The notes under the pieces: model-generated
Database searches by the model: none
What the model saw: only the letters and a program-made list of their open reading frames with translations
Told to the model about the DNA's origin: nothing
In this document: one piece after another, positions 46,512 to 58,620 of the stretch
Layout: every line of letters starts with the position of its first letter
Position numbering within the stretch: the stretch's first letter is position 1
Position numbers and translations under genes: made by a program
Assembly (NCBI GenBank): GCA_013239625.1
Contig: MU053758.1
Location: 2,790,001-2,852,000, forward strand
DNA length: 62,000 bases
Source of the DNA: Lama guanicoe
Taxonomy: Eukaryota
Direction of reading: 5' to 3'

Positions 46512-46757
46512 TTTTTTTTTTGACTTGTCGGTTCTTTGGAATTTTTATTTTCTTAAATAGATTTTTGTTTCCTTGAGCATAAAGAATCCCTGTCCTTTCC
46601 TTATCTCTGTTCAAATTCTCACCATTTGGGTTTTTTTTAAGAACAAGAAGCTGCCCACCAATTTTCTCCTCTCTCGAAGGTTCTGTCTTTTCCCTTCTCA
46701 ACTTTTTTTTAATTGAAGTATAGTTAATTTACAATGTTGTGTTAGTTTCAGGTGTAA
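46512..46757 (-). mobile_element. Very short L1 3' end with an approximately 180-bp 3' transduction
   Basis: On + strand: TSD, poly(T), unique DNA with AATAAA on -, second poly(T), L1 3' terminus, TSD. Confidence 0.75.
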
Positions 46758-47169
46758 TAAAATGCCCTCTTGAACATGGTGTAGGCAGTGAAGAATTTAA
46801 GCAGTGCCCTTTGAATCCACTAGGTGTCACCACCAAGATTCTGTTCTCACCAAGCTTGGTAGGAAGGAGGCCTAGAGGAGGGAGAGAGGAGGTGGGGGCT
46901 CATATAGAGTATTTCTGGGGGATGTCTTGACTCTCTCAGAAAGTCTATCCCCAGGCATGAGAAATTTGACCAGAACAACCCGTATCTTTCATTCTCTGCC
47001 TCTCTACTGGCTTCGTCCCATTAAGCATTTAAACCCTCTCAACGTTTCATTTTGTTTTTTTTTAAATTGGCTTCATTTTTAAAAACACTTTCCTTGATCT
47101 GCTGTAGTTACTGTCCCCTATGACTTCCAGTGCCAGGCCAACCAAACTTTTTTTTTCCAAACTGAAAAA

Positions 47170-47285
47170 CACTTTTTTTTCTTTTTTAACTTTACTCATT
47201 TATTTTAATAGGGGTACTGGGTATTGAACCCAGCAGCTCAATGCATGCTAGGCAGGCACTCTACCGCTGAGCTATACTCTCCCCA
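47170..47285 (-). mobile_element. tRNA-derived SINE (Vic-1-like)
   Basis: Body ggggtactgggtattgaacccag...ctctaccgctgagctatactctcccc. Confidence 0.85.
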
Positions 47286-47542
47286 ACCCAAGCTTCTTGA
47301 AAGGGTGGGCTCCACATCCTCATGTTCCATTCATTCCTTTTTTTATTTTGTCTTGTTTCCCCAACTTTTCATCATAAAAGATTTAAAACCCAGAAAAGTT
47401 GAAAGATTAATGCAATGAATACTCTTAAATATTTCTAGACTCTAACATTTTGCTAAATTTGCTTTTATTCTGTCTCTACACACACATACACATACTTTCT
47501 CTTTTGCCACACTACTTGAAAATAAGTTGCAAATATTAATAC

Positions 47543-47650
47543 GGGGGGTAGGTATAGCTCAGTGGTAGAGCATATGCTTAGCGTGAACGAAGTCTTGAGT
47601 TCAATCCCCAGCACCTCCATTAAAACATAAATAAATTAAAAATTTTAAAC
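47543..47650 (+). mobile_element. tRNA-derived SINE (Vic-1-like)
   Basis: Body ggtatagctcagtggtagagcatatgcttagc...gagttcaatccccagcacctcc followed by an A-rich tail. Confidence 0.85.
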
Positions 47651-48064
47651 ATGTTAATATCATTTCACTCCTAAAAACCTCAGCAGGAATCAGCTAAGAA
47701 TAAGGACGTTCCCCCACATGTCCACCACACCATTATCACACCCAAGAAAATCAACAGTAGTTCTAGGATATCAGCTAATATTCAGCTTGTATTTAACTTT
47801 GCCCGGTTGTCTCAAAAAATGTCTTTAAGAAAACTTTAAAAAAATTCATGATCTAATCAACACCCATGCATTGCATTTGGCTGTTATATCTTGTTAGCCT
47901 TTTTTAATCTAGGACAGCTTCTTTTCTTTTCTTTTATGACATTGACTTTTCAAAGTCTAGGGCAGGTGTCTTGTAAGTTCTTGACTTGTCTGATTGTCTC
48001 CCCTTGCTCTTGTTTACCTGCACCTTCATTCCCTCTACAGAGTGTAAGCTATTTGTTCTGTCTA

Positions 48065-48390
48065 GAGCAGCAGAGTCCAAAACAAATATAACGTGAGCTG
48101 AATACGTAATTAAACTTTTCTAGTAGTCACATTAAAGAAGTAAGAAAAAACAGGCAAATTAATTTTAAGAATCTATTTTATTGAACCCAAAATATCCAAA
48201 ATTATATCATTTCAACATGTAATCGATATAAAAATATTAATGAGATAGTTTACATTTTTGAGGGAGGTATGAAGTCTTTGAAATCTGGTGTGCATATTAT
48301 CCTTACAGAATATGTCAGTTCAGACTGGTCACATTTTAATTCATCAATAGCTATAAATGACTAATGGCTCCTAGGTTGGACAGTATAGTT
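48065..48390. mobile_element. MER33-like hAT-Charlie element
   Basis: Text ttttctagtagtcacattaaagaagtaag...gaaatctggtgtgcat...ggttggacag. Confidence 0.6.
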
Positions 48391-48894
48391 CTGGTGGTTT
48401 CTGGAGCTTAAGTGTCCTAGGGAAGAATACTTTGCAGGTGATGCTGTTAATAGCGTTACCCGGGAGGTGAATAAGGTCAGGTTGGCCCATAATAGTGATG
48501 GCTGAGTTTGGCTCTGTGGTTAAGGAGGGCCTGCCAGATTTCTCCATTAAAAAGACTTTTCTTTTATTTTTTTTTCCTTTTTGTAGTTTGTACATGGTGA
48601 TTTTTGCAGCTGGCAAATATCTTGTGTATCCCAACCATTCACTCCTGTTAAAAAGTTATTTTTAAATGTGTTGTGAAATATTTCAATCATACAAAAAGTT
48701 TAAAAACTAATGAACACCCGTGTCTCCACCACTCAGCTTAAGAAATGAACCCTTACCCTACAGCTGAGGCCCCTGGTACTCGCCCCTCCCTTTCTCCCCA
48801 GAGGCAACCACTTTCCTGGGTGTGGTATCATTTCCATGTGTTTCTCTAAACTCTCGTTACATGGTATACATCTCAAAATAATATAGTGTTTTGA

Positions 48895-49505
48895 TTTTGG
48901 AGGGTAGCAGTTTTATTGAGATGTAATTCACATCCACTGTTTAAAGTGTATAATTAATGGCTTTTAGTATATCCATAGACTTGTGCAACTATCAGCACAA
49001 TTTTGGAACATTTTCATCACTCCAAAAAGAAACTCTCTGTACCAGAATGTTCATAACACCATAATTTGCAATAGTTAAAAAGTGGAAATGACTCAATGTC
49101 CATCAACTGATGAATGGAGAAACGGAAATGTGCTACATTCATACAGTGGTGTGTTATTTGACCAGACAAAGGAATGAAATAATAATACATGCTACAACAT
49201 GGATGAACCTTGAAAATATTATGTTAAGTGAAAGAACCCAGACACAAAAGGTCACGTATTGTTTGATTCCATGTATATGATATGTTCAGCACAGGCAAGT
49301 CCATAGAGACAGAGCGTAGATTAGTGGTTGCCAGGGCTGGGAGAAGGGCAGAAGCGGGAGAGACTGCTAATACGTGGAGCTTCTTTTTGGGGTGATGGAA
49401 ATGTTCTGGAATTAGATGGTAGTGATGGTTGCACAACATCGTGAATATAAAACCCACTCAACTATACACTTTAGCGTGGTTAAAATGGTTCCATATTATG
49501 TGAAC
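48895..49505. mobile_element. L1M 3' fragments in both orientations
   Basis: - strand piece ttttattgagatgtaattcaca..., then + strand piece atgtccatcaactgatgaatgg...acatggatgaaccttgaaaatattatg. Confidence 0.7.
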
Positions 49506-49811
49506 CTTATTTGCTTGACTTGTAGACACATCACTCCAATCTCTGTCTCCATCTTCACATGGTGGTCTCCCCTGTATGTGGCTCTGAATCCTCTTCTGTT
49601 CTTAGGACACCAGACATTGGATGTAGGGCCCACCCTAGCCCAGGATGACTTCATCTTAATCTAGCATGGCCTCAATTTAACTAATTCCTTCTGCAAAGAG
49701 CTTATTTCCAAACAAGGTCAAATTCTGAGGTTCCAGATAAACGTGAATTGCTGGGTCTGGGGTGCCATTCATCAACCTACAACAAGCTCCCTTGCCCATT
49801 TAAAAACTGGG

Positions 49812-49950
49812 TTGGTGAGGGAGGGTATAGCTCAGTGGTAGAGTGCCCTAGCATGCATGAGGTCCTGGGTTCAATCCCCAGTACCTCCATTAAAAAAATA
49901 AATAAATTTAATTACCTCCTGCCACAAAACAAAAGACAAAAATAAAATAA
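49812..49950 (+). mobile_element. tRNA-derived SINE (Vic-1-like)
   Basis: Body gagggtatagctcagtggtagagtgc...gaggtcctgggttcaatccccagtacctcc. TSD aaaaactgggttg / aaaaattgagttg. Confidence 0.88.
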
Positions 49951-50444
49951 AAATTGAGTTGTCATTTTCATATTTGCATGATTTTAAACTCTATGTAAAT
50001 ACCGTTCTACCAGAGGTAGTGTTCAGCAACTTCGCCCCTCAACATCATGCTTGTGAGAATCTCCCAGGTCAATATGTGTAACTCTAGTTTGGTTTTGTTG
50101 CTGTATGTTTCCTTTTCATTCTTCGAACAAGGGCATCTGGCTTCTGCCCTCATTACTCACTGAAACGGTTCTTGTCAAGGCCACTGACTCCCACGTTACC
50201 AAGTCCAAGGGAAACTTATCTTACTGTTCTTCTCTCTGGCATTTGATATTTCTGATCTTCCTTCCTTCCTAACCACTCATTGCGACTTCCGGACCCTACA
50301 CTCTCAAGATTTCCCTCTGTCCTCTCTTTCTAAGTCTCCTTTGCTGGCTTTCTCCCTTAGTTTAGTCCTTGCACATGGACTCCCTTGGCTCTGTACTGAG
50401 CCTTCTTCTCTTCGTGCTATACTCTGGGCTTAGATTTCATCAGT

Positions 50445-50935
50445 AGATTTCTGTTTGGGGATCTGCTGCTGCATAACAAACTTTCAAATTTGGTGGCTTA
50501 AAACAGCAACCATTTTGTAACTTCTCATGATCCTCTGGGTTAATGGGGGCTCAACTGGGCAGTTCTGCTGTCTTACTTGGAGTATCTCATGTGGCTGTGG
50601 TCAGAAGGTGACTGAAGCTGGGATGTTCAAGACGGCTGCCCACTCATCTTAAACTTGGCGGAAACAGCTGGAAGGCTGGGATGGCTGGACCTCTCTCCAT
50701 GTCAAGGTCTCCCCTCCAGGTGGTCTCTATAACAGAATAGCGGATTTCTTACATGGGAGCTTAGGGGGTCCCAAAAGCACAAGAGTGGAGGCTTCTAGGT
50801 CTTCTTAAGGCTTAGTTCTGGACCTAGTACAGCGTCCTTCCTGCTGCATTAAAGGGAGTTACAGGCCAGCCCAGATTCAATGAATATGAGGAGTCCTGGG
50901 TCATTGGGGGCTGTCTTTAAAGGCCAGTTACCACA
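50445..50935. mobile_element. MaLR (MLT1-like) solo LTR
   Basis: MLT1-like text ctgctgcataacaaac...tggcttaaaacagcaaccatt...cacaggccagcccagattcaa-type end. Confidence 0.6.
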
Positions 50936-52267
50936 GTTTGTGAGTCCAGCCCCTTCTCTTCCTCCTTGACTCTCTCCAGCTAAGTCTTGGCATCACCTAC
51001 ACACAGGAGTTCAAGCCAGAAACTTGGGAATCATCTTTGGCTCCTCCCTCTCTCCAGCCCTCACATTCCACTTCTTAAACATCTCTCGAAAGACTTCTTG
51101 CCATTTCTATTGCTGGTAATGTCATAATGATCATGGCGAAGATTAATGAGTGCTTTCCACCTGTGTACACAGTTCAGATGCATTCCATTTAGTCTTATTT
51201 CCATTTGGCAGGTGAGAAGCCTGAGGCTGGTAGAGGTTGAGTAGCTTGTCTGAAGTCTCACCCTACTTAGGAGTGGGGAGAACTAAGACTTGGGGCATTG
51301 GGCTCTGCAGACAGGAAGCCCTGCCTCCAAGGTCTTTGTGTCCAGCATGCCATTCAGAGCAGGCATCAAGCATCTCTCACTTAGATGCCCCCAGCAGCCT
51401 CCCAAGCAGCATTCCTGCCTGTAATCTGGCCCCTTCTAATACATCCTCCATGCTGCAGTCAGAGCGATCTTTCTAGAAGGCAAAGTGGGTCATGGCACTT
51501 CTTGGCTTAAACTTTCTAATGGCTTTCCTCTTGCCTTTGAGATAACATCTAGTTTTTCAAAATAGATAATAAAGTCCTTCACAAATTGGCCCATGACAAC
51601 TTGACAAGGTAGCCTGGGGCAGTGGTTCTCCATGGGGGCATTTTGGAAATTTGTGGAAGCTTTTTTTGTTTATCATAATGATAAGGCTGTGCTATTGGCA
51701 TTTGGTGGGCAGGGGTCAAGGATGCTAGATTTTGGCATTGCAAGGGACTGTTCCATACAACCAGAAATTATCCACGTGACTTTCAGTGTCCCACTGAACA
51801 TTCTATGTGAAAAATCTATTATCATCTGAGCTGAGAATTTATCTCCATTAACCTTATGCCCAAGGGAAGAGGGGACAGATTTAGCTCTAATGCACCCTTA
51901 CCATGAGGATGCAGACCTTTGGGGCCCCATCTTTATGAAGGAGGATCTCCTGTCAAACTCCCCTGTTTAGGAGGTCCTGGGGTGTTTTGTTTTCCCACAA
52001 GAGAGTGATGAAAGCTCAAGTTCACCTAGTTAGGCAAGTGTCCTTGGAGCAAAAGCCTGTCTCACTGTTCCACTTACCTCTCTCTGCATCCCCTGCCTTC
52101 ACTTACTTTGTTTTGCCCTGAAAATTGCTTACTTTTTCATCAAAGCATCTACGAGTAAGAAACATATTTTATCTAAGATTTTTAGTTGTTAAGGGGAAGG
52201 TCTCCAAGGTACTTAGCCTGCCATATTGTCAGAGCAGGAAAATACAAATATAAAATATTTTTGCACA

Positions 52268-52361
52268 GGGGGGAAGGTATAGCTTAGCATGCACGAGGTC
52301 CTGCATTCAATCCCCTGTACCTCCATTAAAAAAAAAAACCCAAAAAAGAAAAAACAAAACA
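52268..52361 (+). mobile_element. Internally deleted Vic-1-like SINE
   Basis: ggtatagct joins directly to tagcatgcacgaggtcc, so most of the A box is lost. TSD aaaatatttttgc on both sides. Confidence 0.8.
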
Positions 52362-53446
52362 AAAAATATTTTTGCGCATATTTAATACAATCTGTTTTTT
52401 CTAGGACTATAACTACTCTGCTGTTCTATGTTGTTCAGAACTTTAACAAGAGTTGTTTGCCATTTGGGAAAATCATATCATGAATGACAACGCTACCCAA
52501 TACAACACCCTTAGGTCAGTCTGCATTTGTCCCTGTCACAGTCTTAGTGATTCTAAGTATGAGTGCGAGCATGTGACTGCTTCACTGTACATCCTCCAGT
52601 GTAGTCATGCCTGAACATTGACAGATTGAAACGCCTTCCTCTTATTTGTCTTTTTTAATAGTCAGGGCATTATATTGACTTTCTGAAATCATGTTTTTGT
52701 TTTGGGGTGGTTTTTTTTGTTAATTTCATCTGTTAATTTCACTTCAGGATAGTAGAATTGAGTTATATTTGTTATAACAAAGGGATGGGGTCTGGTAGGG
52801 TGCAGGATCACAGACTCCGGAGATAGTTCTGCTACTTTGTAGGCATGTGACTTTGGGCAAGATGGTTAACTTTCCTGTTTCTTCACCTGTGAAATGGGCA
52901 TAATAACACTGCCTCTGAAAGTTATTGTGAGGATAAATGAGTTATGACATGTGATATTATAACAGACCCTGGCACATGGTAAGTATTAATAAATGTCAGA
53001 TGTTATGATTAGGTCTTCGATCGAATTTCTTACCTCTCCCCTAAGTTCTCGCTCTAACTATATCCAAATGCTTCCAGTTTTGGGGCTGTGGCCATGATTC
53101 TTCTTGGTTTGTGCACATTCTCTCTCTGCCCCAGAATGCTTTTCCCTCCCCTCTGCTCCTGGCCAATTCCTACTTACCCATTAGGTCTCACTTAGGTATT
53201 ACTTTTTTTATGAAGCCAACACCTATCTCCCCAGGTCTAGGTGAGATGTTTCTGTTCTGCACCCCAGGAGCTGTGCTTATCATGGAGTGATGTTATAGAG
53301 AATGGGAGGTTTACCTTAGCTACGGTGGGCAGTGAGGAGGGGACATTCGAGCTAAAGCCTGAGAAATGAGGAAGAAGCAGAGTAGAACCAATACAAAGGC
53401 CTTGAGGAACCACTTGGTGCACTGCAGCACTGGAAAGCAGGTCTGC

Positions 53447-54356
53447 TGAATAGACATTTCTCCAGTGAAGACATACAGATGGCCAACAGGCACTTGAAAA
53501 ATGCTCAGTTCTGCTAATTATCCGAGAAATGCAAATCAAAGCTACAATGAGATACTACCTCACACCAGTCAGAATGGCCATCAAAAGTCCACAAACGATA
53601 AATGCTGGAGAGGGTGTGGAGAAAAGCAACACTCCTACACTGTTGGGGGGAATGTAATTTGGTGCAGCCATTATAGAAAACAGTACAGAGATTCCTTAAA
53701 AAACTAAAAATAGAGTTACCATATGATCCAGCAATCCCACTCCTAGGCATGTACCTGGGGAAAACTAATTCAAAAAGATACAGGCACTGTAATGTTCATA
53801 GCAGCACTACTGACAACAACCAAAATATGAGAGCAACCTTAATATCCATCAGTAGGTGAATGGTGTATATATATATAATGGAATGCTAGTCAGCCATAAA
53901 AAAGAATGAAATAATGCCATGTGTAGCAACACGGATGGACCTGGAGATCATCGTACTAAGTGAAGTAAGTCAGAGGAGAAAGACAAATATCATATGATAT
54001 CACTTATATGTGGAATCTTAAAAAATGATACAAGTGAACTTATTTACAAAACAGAAAGTGACTCATAGACAGGAAACAAACTTATGCTTACCAAAGGGGA
54101 AGGGAAAGGGAGGAATAAATTAGGAGTTTGGGATTAGCAGATACAAACTACTATATATAAAATAGATAAACAACAAGGTCCTACTGTATAGCACAGGCAG
54201 CTATATTCAATAGCTTGTAACAACCTATAGTGAAAAAGAATATGAAAAAGAATGTATGTAACTGTATATAGATATATATAACTATATCACTATGCTGTAC
54301 ATTAGAAACTAACACAACATTGTGAATCAACTATATTTCAATTAAAAATAAAGAAA
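53447..54356 (+). mobile_element. 5'-truncated L1 (ORF2 C-terminus, 3' UTR, A tail)
   Basis: ORF2-like [18 protein letters not shown], the motif atatgatccagcaatcccactcct, and the terminus aactaacacaacattgt...aaaaataaagaaag. Confidence 0.88.
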
Positions 54357-55558
54357 GAAAGTGAGTCTACATAGTGAGCAGTGAGCAAGGAGGGGACTGA
54401 ATGGAGATGAGGTTGAAGAGCTGGGAGTTTATATCTACCATGTCTCTGGCCCAATCGCCATCATCCCACCTTCAGGCATACAGGTACATACCTGAAAATC
54501 TTTTATCTTTGCATCTATGGATCCCTATGCCCGGAATGTGTTCCCTGCCTTCTCTGACTAGTGATAAAATCCTACTCATCCTTCAAGGCCAGATTCAAAA
54601 CCATTTACAAAACCTTCTCCCATTCTTTAGCAGGAAGTAATCACTCCCTTGTCTGATGTCCCACAGCCCATATATCCCCAAGACACTAATCACATGCTGA
54701 CTTGTATCTCAGCCAGGTGTTTACATGCCAATCTGCCCACCACCCAGTGAATTCCCTGAAGGCAGATGCTCTGTCTTAGTCACCTCCATAGCCATCTTCT
54801 CATGCCTACCCCAGTGCCTGGCCCACAACAGGTACTCAATGAATGTTGTGATATCTACTTGACTAGTGGGTGGTGCCCAGCACTTCTAATGGCAGATAAG
54901 AAGGAAAACAAAAATAATAACAACTTATGGTTTATCACATGCTTTCCTATTCATTACCTCATTTGAGCCTTCCAACAACCCTATGAAACAGTTGGGACAG
55001 GTACTGTTAGACCCGTTTTACAGATGGAGTAGCTGAGGCCCAAGGGCATGCAGTTAGTAAGTAATGAGAACTAAGTCCCAATTCCCCCTTACTTCGGATT
55101 CAGCTTTTAAAAATGATGATGGAGAGACACAAAGAACATTCTGAGGATATAAGGCAATGGGGTTGACTGCACTAGAAAAGCACTTTTGTAGGTGGACTAG
55201 GGAGAGATCCTTAGACAGCTGGGACGGAGTTAACAGCAGCCCCACAAGGAAAGGCACAGGATTCCTTTCTGGGCCCCAAGCAGCTAGAAGAGTCCGCAGC
55301 ACCATCCCCCATCCCTGGCCAGAGGAAAAGGAGACGGATGTTCACGAGTCTGCGGGTCGGGCGGCTAAGATGACGTTAACAATGACTTGTTAGCAGAGCT
55401 TGCTTCTCTGTCACCATGACAACTGGAGCTTGACTACTGAGACCTTGCAAGGTTGACTGGGGCAGGTTCTTCGTTACCTCGAAATTAGGAAAGGATATTT
55501 ATGGTGTGTGCGTGCGCGCGCACGCGGAATAAAGATGAAAAGAGTCAAGACTTTAACT

Positions 55559-55726
55559 CAGTGATTCTCCACCTCAGCAATATGTTAGAACCACCTGAAT
55601 AACTTTAAAAGTTCCAATGCCTAGCCGTACCCAAGACCAATTAAATTAGAATCTCTGGGGGTGGAAATCAGGTATCTTTATTCAGGTCTTCCCAGGTGAT
55701 TCCAACTGCAGCCAAAGTTGCAAACT
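55559..55726. mobile_element. MER5A-like MITE abutting the WIPF2 promoter
   Basis: Text cagtgattctc...ttagaaccacctg...aattaaattagaatctctgggggtgg...cccaggtgattc. Confidence 0.65.
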
Positions 55727-55924
55727 CCGCTTTTGGCTGGCAAGAAATTCTTGCGACCTTCCCAAGATGGCGGCCACCAGACCGCTTCCGCCTTTACGTG
55801 CGCCGGCAGGGGGCGGGCTTTCTAGGGACGCATGCGTGTAGCGTCTCTTCGCTTTCTGCTCCCTCCTTCTTTTTCCCCCTCCTCCATTTTGTTCGCGGAC
55901 GCTGGGGACGGTGGGAGCAGATCC

Positions 55925-56046
55925 ATTTCCGGGTTGGCAAAAGGGGCGGCGGCGGCGAGAAAGGGAGCTTGCCGGGGGGCGAGCAGGACGGGACGAAGCC
56001 GGAGCGGAGGTGGCGGAGGATTCGCTCCCGGAGCCGCTGCGGCCAG
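55925..56046 (+). other. WIPF2: WIPF2 non-coding first exon; intron 1 runs to the end of the window
   Basis: ATTTCCGGGTTGGCAAAAGGGGCGGCGG...GCTGCGGCCAG|GTCGG matches the WIPF2 5' UTR as I recall it and sits in the syntenic position after RAPGEFL1. No coding exon in the window, and the start coordinate is approximate. Confidence 0.72.
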
Positions 56047-58117
56047 GTCGGAAAGACGCCGGGGAGGCTGGTCCGTCGCTGAGATGACCTGCGGACCGAA
56101 TGGGAGGGAGAGCCGGGGATGGGGGGATTGGGGCGGGGCTTGGGAAAGGGGGGCATTGGAGGAGGGGCCTGTGGAAGAGAGGGGTCCTGGGGGCGGGGCC
56201 TGACGGGAGGGGGCTGGGGGCTGTGTCTGAATAACCTACAGAAGAGGGGGCGTGGGGAATCTTAAGTAGGGAGGAGTGGTCGGGAATTGGTGTGGGGCGA
56301 GGGCTGACTGTGAAATGGGGAGGAAGGTTACTGAGAGAAAATAAGGGATCCTCAAGGATTGGGTAAGGTGAGTAAGGCGGCACTCTGAGTGAGGAGCGAG
56401 GTAGCCGTGCGCAAAAACGGGGGTGGGGAGGGAGGACCTGTTGGGAACAGGTAATTAACAGGAAGCTTTGGATGAGGACGGCACTGTGACATTTTGGGGA
56501 TTGATGAGTGAAAACCAATGGTTGAATAGATAACTGCGGAAATTGCTCACGCTGGAGGGAATCTTCAGAGCGTTAGTTGAGAAGAAATCAGAACTGAGTT
56601 AAAGGTTGTATTGAGAGATGTTGAAGTTCGCTTGGGAGCAACCTGCCTTTGAGGGTTCAGATTGGAGTGGTGTGACGTGAGGGAAGACGGAAATCTTTAA
56701 AGTGTTTAACGTGAGCAGTGTGTGTTGTTGAGTTTACTGATCAGGAAGGAAGAGTCTTTAAAGATAACACTGGGGTAAGGAGCTGGAAGAAGCTGGTGTG
56801 TACTGGAATTCATATTTTTCAAAGGAATTTGAATGATCTGTTACGGCTTTGGGCCCCCCAGGATCCACCTTTTTTTTCAGGCTGTTGTTTTTGCCTTACA
56901 TTTCAGTTTCTGAACGACTTAACTGCATGTTTTTGGTGACTTTTTTCTTCTTTTACAAACCAGAAGATAATTTCAGGAAATAGGAATTGTTCTGGCCCAC
57001 CTATGGATTTAGTAAGTGACTTTGAGGCAAATCATTAAACTGTCTCATTTTTCCCCCTTAGAAATGCAGGTATGATCCCTCTCTGCCTCTCAAAGATTGT
57101 GTTAACCAAGTGGGATCATTAAAGTGGATGCAAAGAAGTGATCTTGAAAACAAGATTGAGATACTGATATTTACAAGACACCTCCTCTCAGTTTCTTCCT
57201 CTCAACTTTGCGCATTTTTTTTTTCCGCCAGGGAAGAGTTGGTTTTGGTTTGATACAGGTCAATTTTTAAACTTTGCTCAATGTCAACTTTTAGTAGCCA
57301 AAAATTTAATATTATTGTGTTACATTGTATTGGCTGCCATCAAGACAGAGATGGGGAAGTTAGAAATGGGAATGAATGAGGTCAGTTGATGGAGAATGTG
57401 GAAGAATGCTATATTTTGTTTTCTAGCCACAAGAATATTTTACTCTTGACAAACACTTTCCCCATGAACTTTTTGAGAATTCACTGAAAAATAGTGTTTT
57501 AGACACTTGAGCCTTTTGCTTTGCTCCAGTTACTTTGTCCCTGTTGCCAGTTAGTGGGGACCAGGGTGCTTGGGGACAGTTTTAGCTTCTTTATTGTTAA
57601 TCCTGTGACATCTTGACTGTTCTGGCTTTTTCTTTGGGCATAATACTCTAAACATTTGCCTGTAAGTGTTCTTGTTTATCTTAGAAGTGTTCCTGAAGTC
57701 TTGGCATTTCTGAAGTCTGACGTGGATTTGCTCAAGAGGGGGCAGTTTCTAATTCTACTTCACACTTGATATCAGAATAGTGTTGTTTACCTTAATTGGT
57801 ACTGATTAGTTAGGTGATGTCAGCACAAAAGTGAAATGCAGGGGAAAGTGGAAGGTGTTTAAACTATAGAGTTTTCAGGTTTTACTGATTGCTTTTAAGA
57901 AGGAAAGAGAGGATTCCTGTTCCTATTGGGGAAATTGTCAGATGTTCTTTTTTGACTTCTTGAGCTCTTTGATTGGAAGAGTAACCTGGTGTACTTGAAT
58001 CTGTGTTCCTTTTGCTCTGAAGTAATTCAAAAAGTCACAGGCTGCTGGTTCAGGCTGTTTCAGGAGACCAAAGTTTTAATACCAGCCCCAGGAAGAGCTG
58101 CAGGTAGGAAGTGTATA

Positions 58118-58620
58118 CAGACGGTCTGTGACTTACCGTGATTTGACTTAGGATTTTTCAACTTCATGACGGTGTGTAAGTGATATTCATTCAGTAGGAA
58201 CTGTACTTCAGTTTTTTAATTTTTATCTTTTCCCAGGCTATCGACATTTGGTATAATACTCTCTCGTGATGCTGGGCAGTGGTAGACAGGCACAGCTCCT
58301 GGTCAGCCTCGCAATCATGAGGGGAAACAAACGATATACTTAACAACCCTTCTGTGCCCATACAACCATTCTGTTTTTCACTTTCAGGACAGTATTCAGT
58401 AAATTACATGAGATATTCAACACTTTGCTATAAAATGGTTTTTATAGCAACCACTTAGATGGTTTTGCCCAGCTGTAGGCTAATACGAGTGTTCTGAGCA
58501 CACTTAAGGTAGGCCAGGCTAAGCTATGATGCTGGGTAGGTTAAGTGTATTAAATGTGTTTTCGACTTAACGGTATTTTCAGTTTACGATGGGTTTATCA
58601 GGATGTAACCCATTTGTATG
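58118..58620 (-). mobile_element. Tigger5/MER47-like TcMar element
   Basis: Text TA-cagacggtc...gacttac and gttctgagcacacttaaggtaggccaggctaagctatgatg...ttacgatgggtttatcaggatgtaaccc. Confidence 0.7.

Larger units (their letters stand above)
55400..56200 (+). promoter_or_regulatory. WIPF2: WIPF2 CpG-island promoter
   Basis: RFX-like GTCACCATGACAAC at 55410-55423, YY1 AAGATGGCGGC at 55764-55774, NRF1-like palindrome ACGCATGCGT at 55828-55837, ETS-like ATTTCCGG at 55925. Confidence 0.8.

Noticed and set aside
49817..49890. tRNA-like sequence with A and B boxes (and its sibling copies)
   Set aside because: A-rich tails, TSDs and multiple diverged copies mark these as SINEs, not tRNA genes.
55682..56518. 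278-aa minus-strand ORF and other ORFs at the WIPF2 promoter
   Set aside because: Pro/Ser/Arg low-complexity translation of a CpG island, ending in MER5A sequence, with no recognisable domain.
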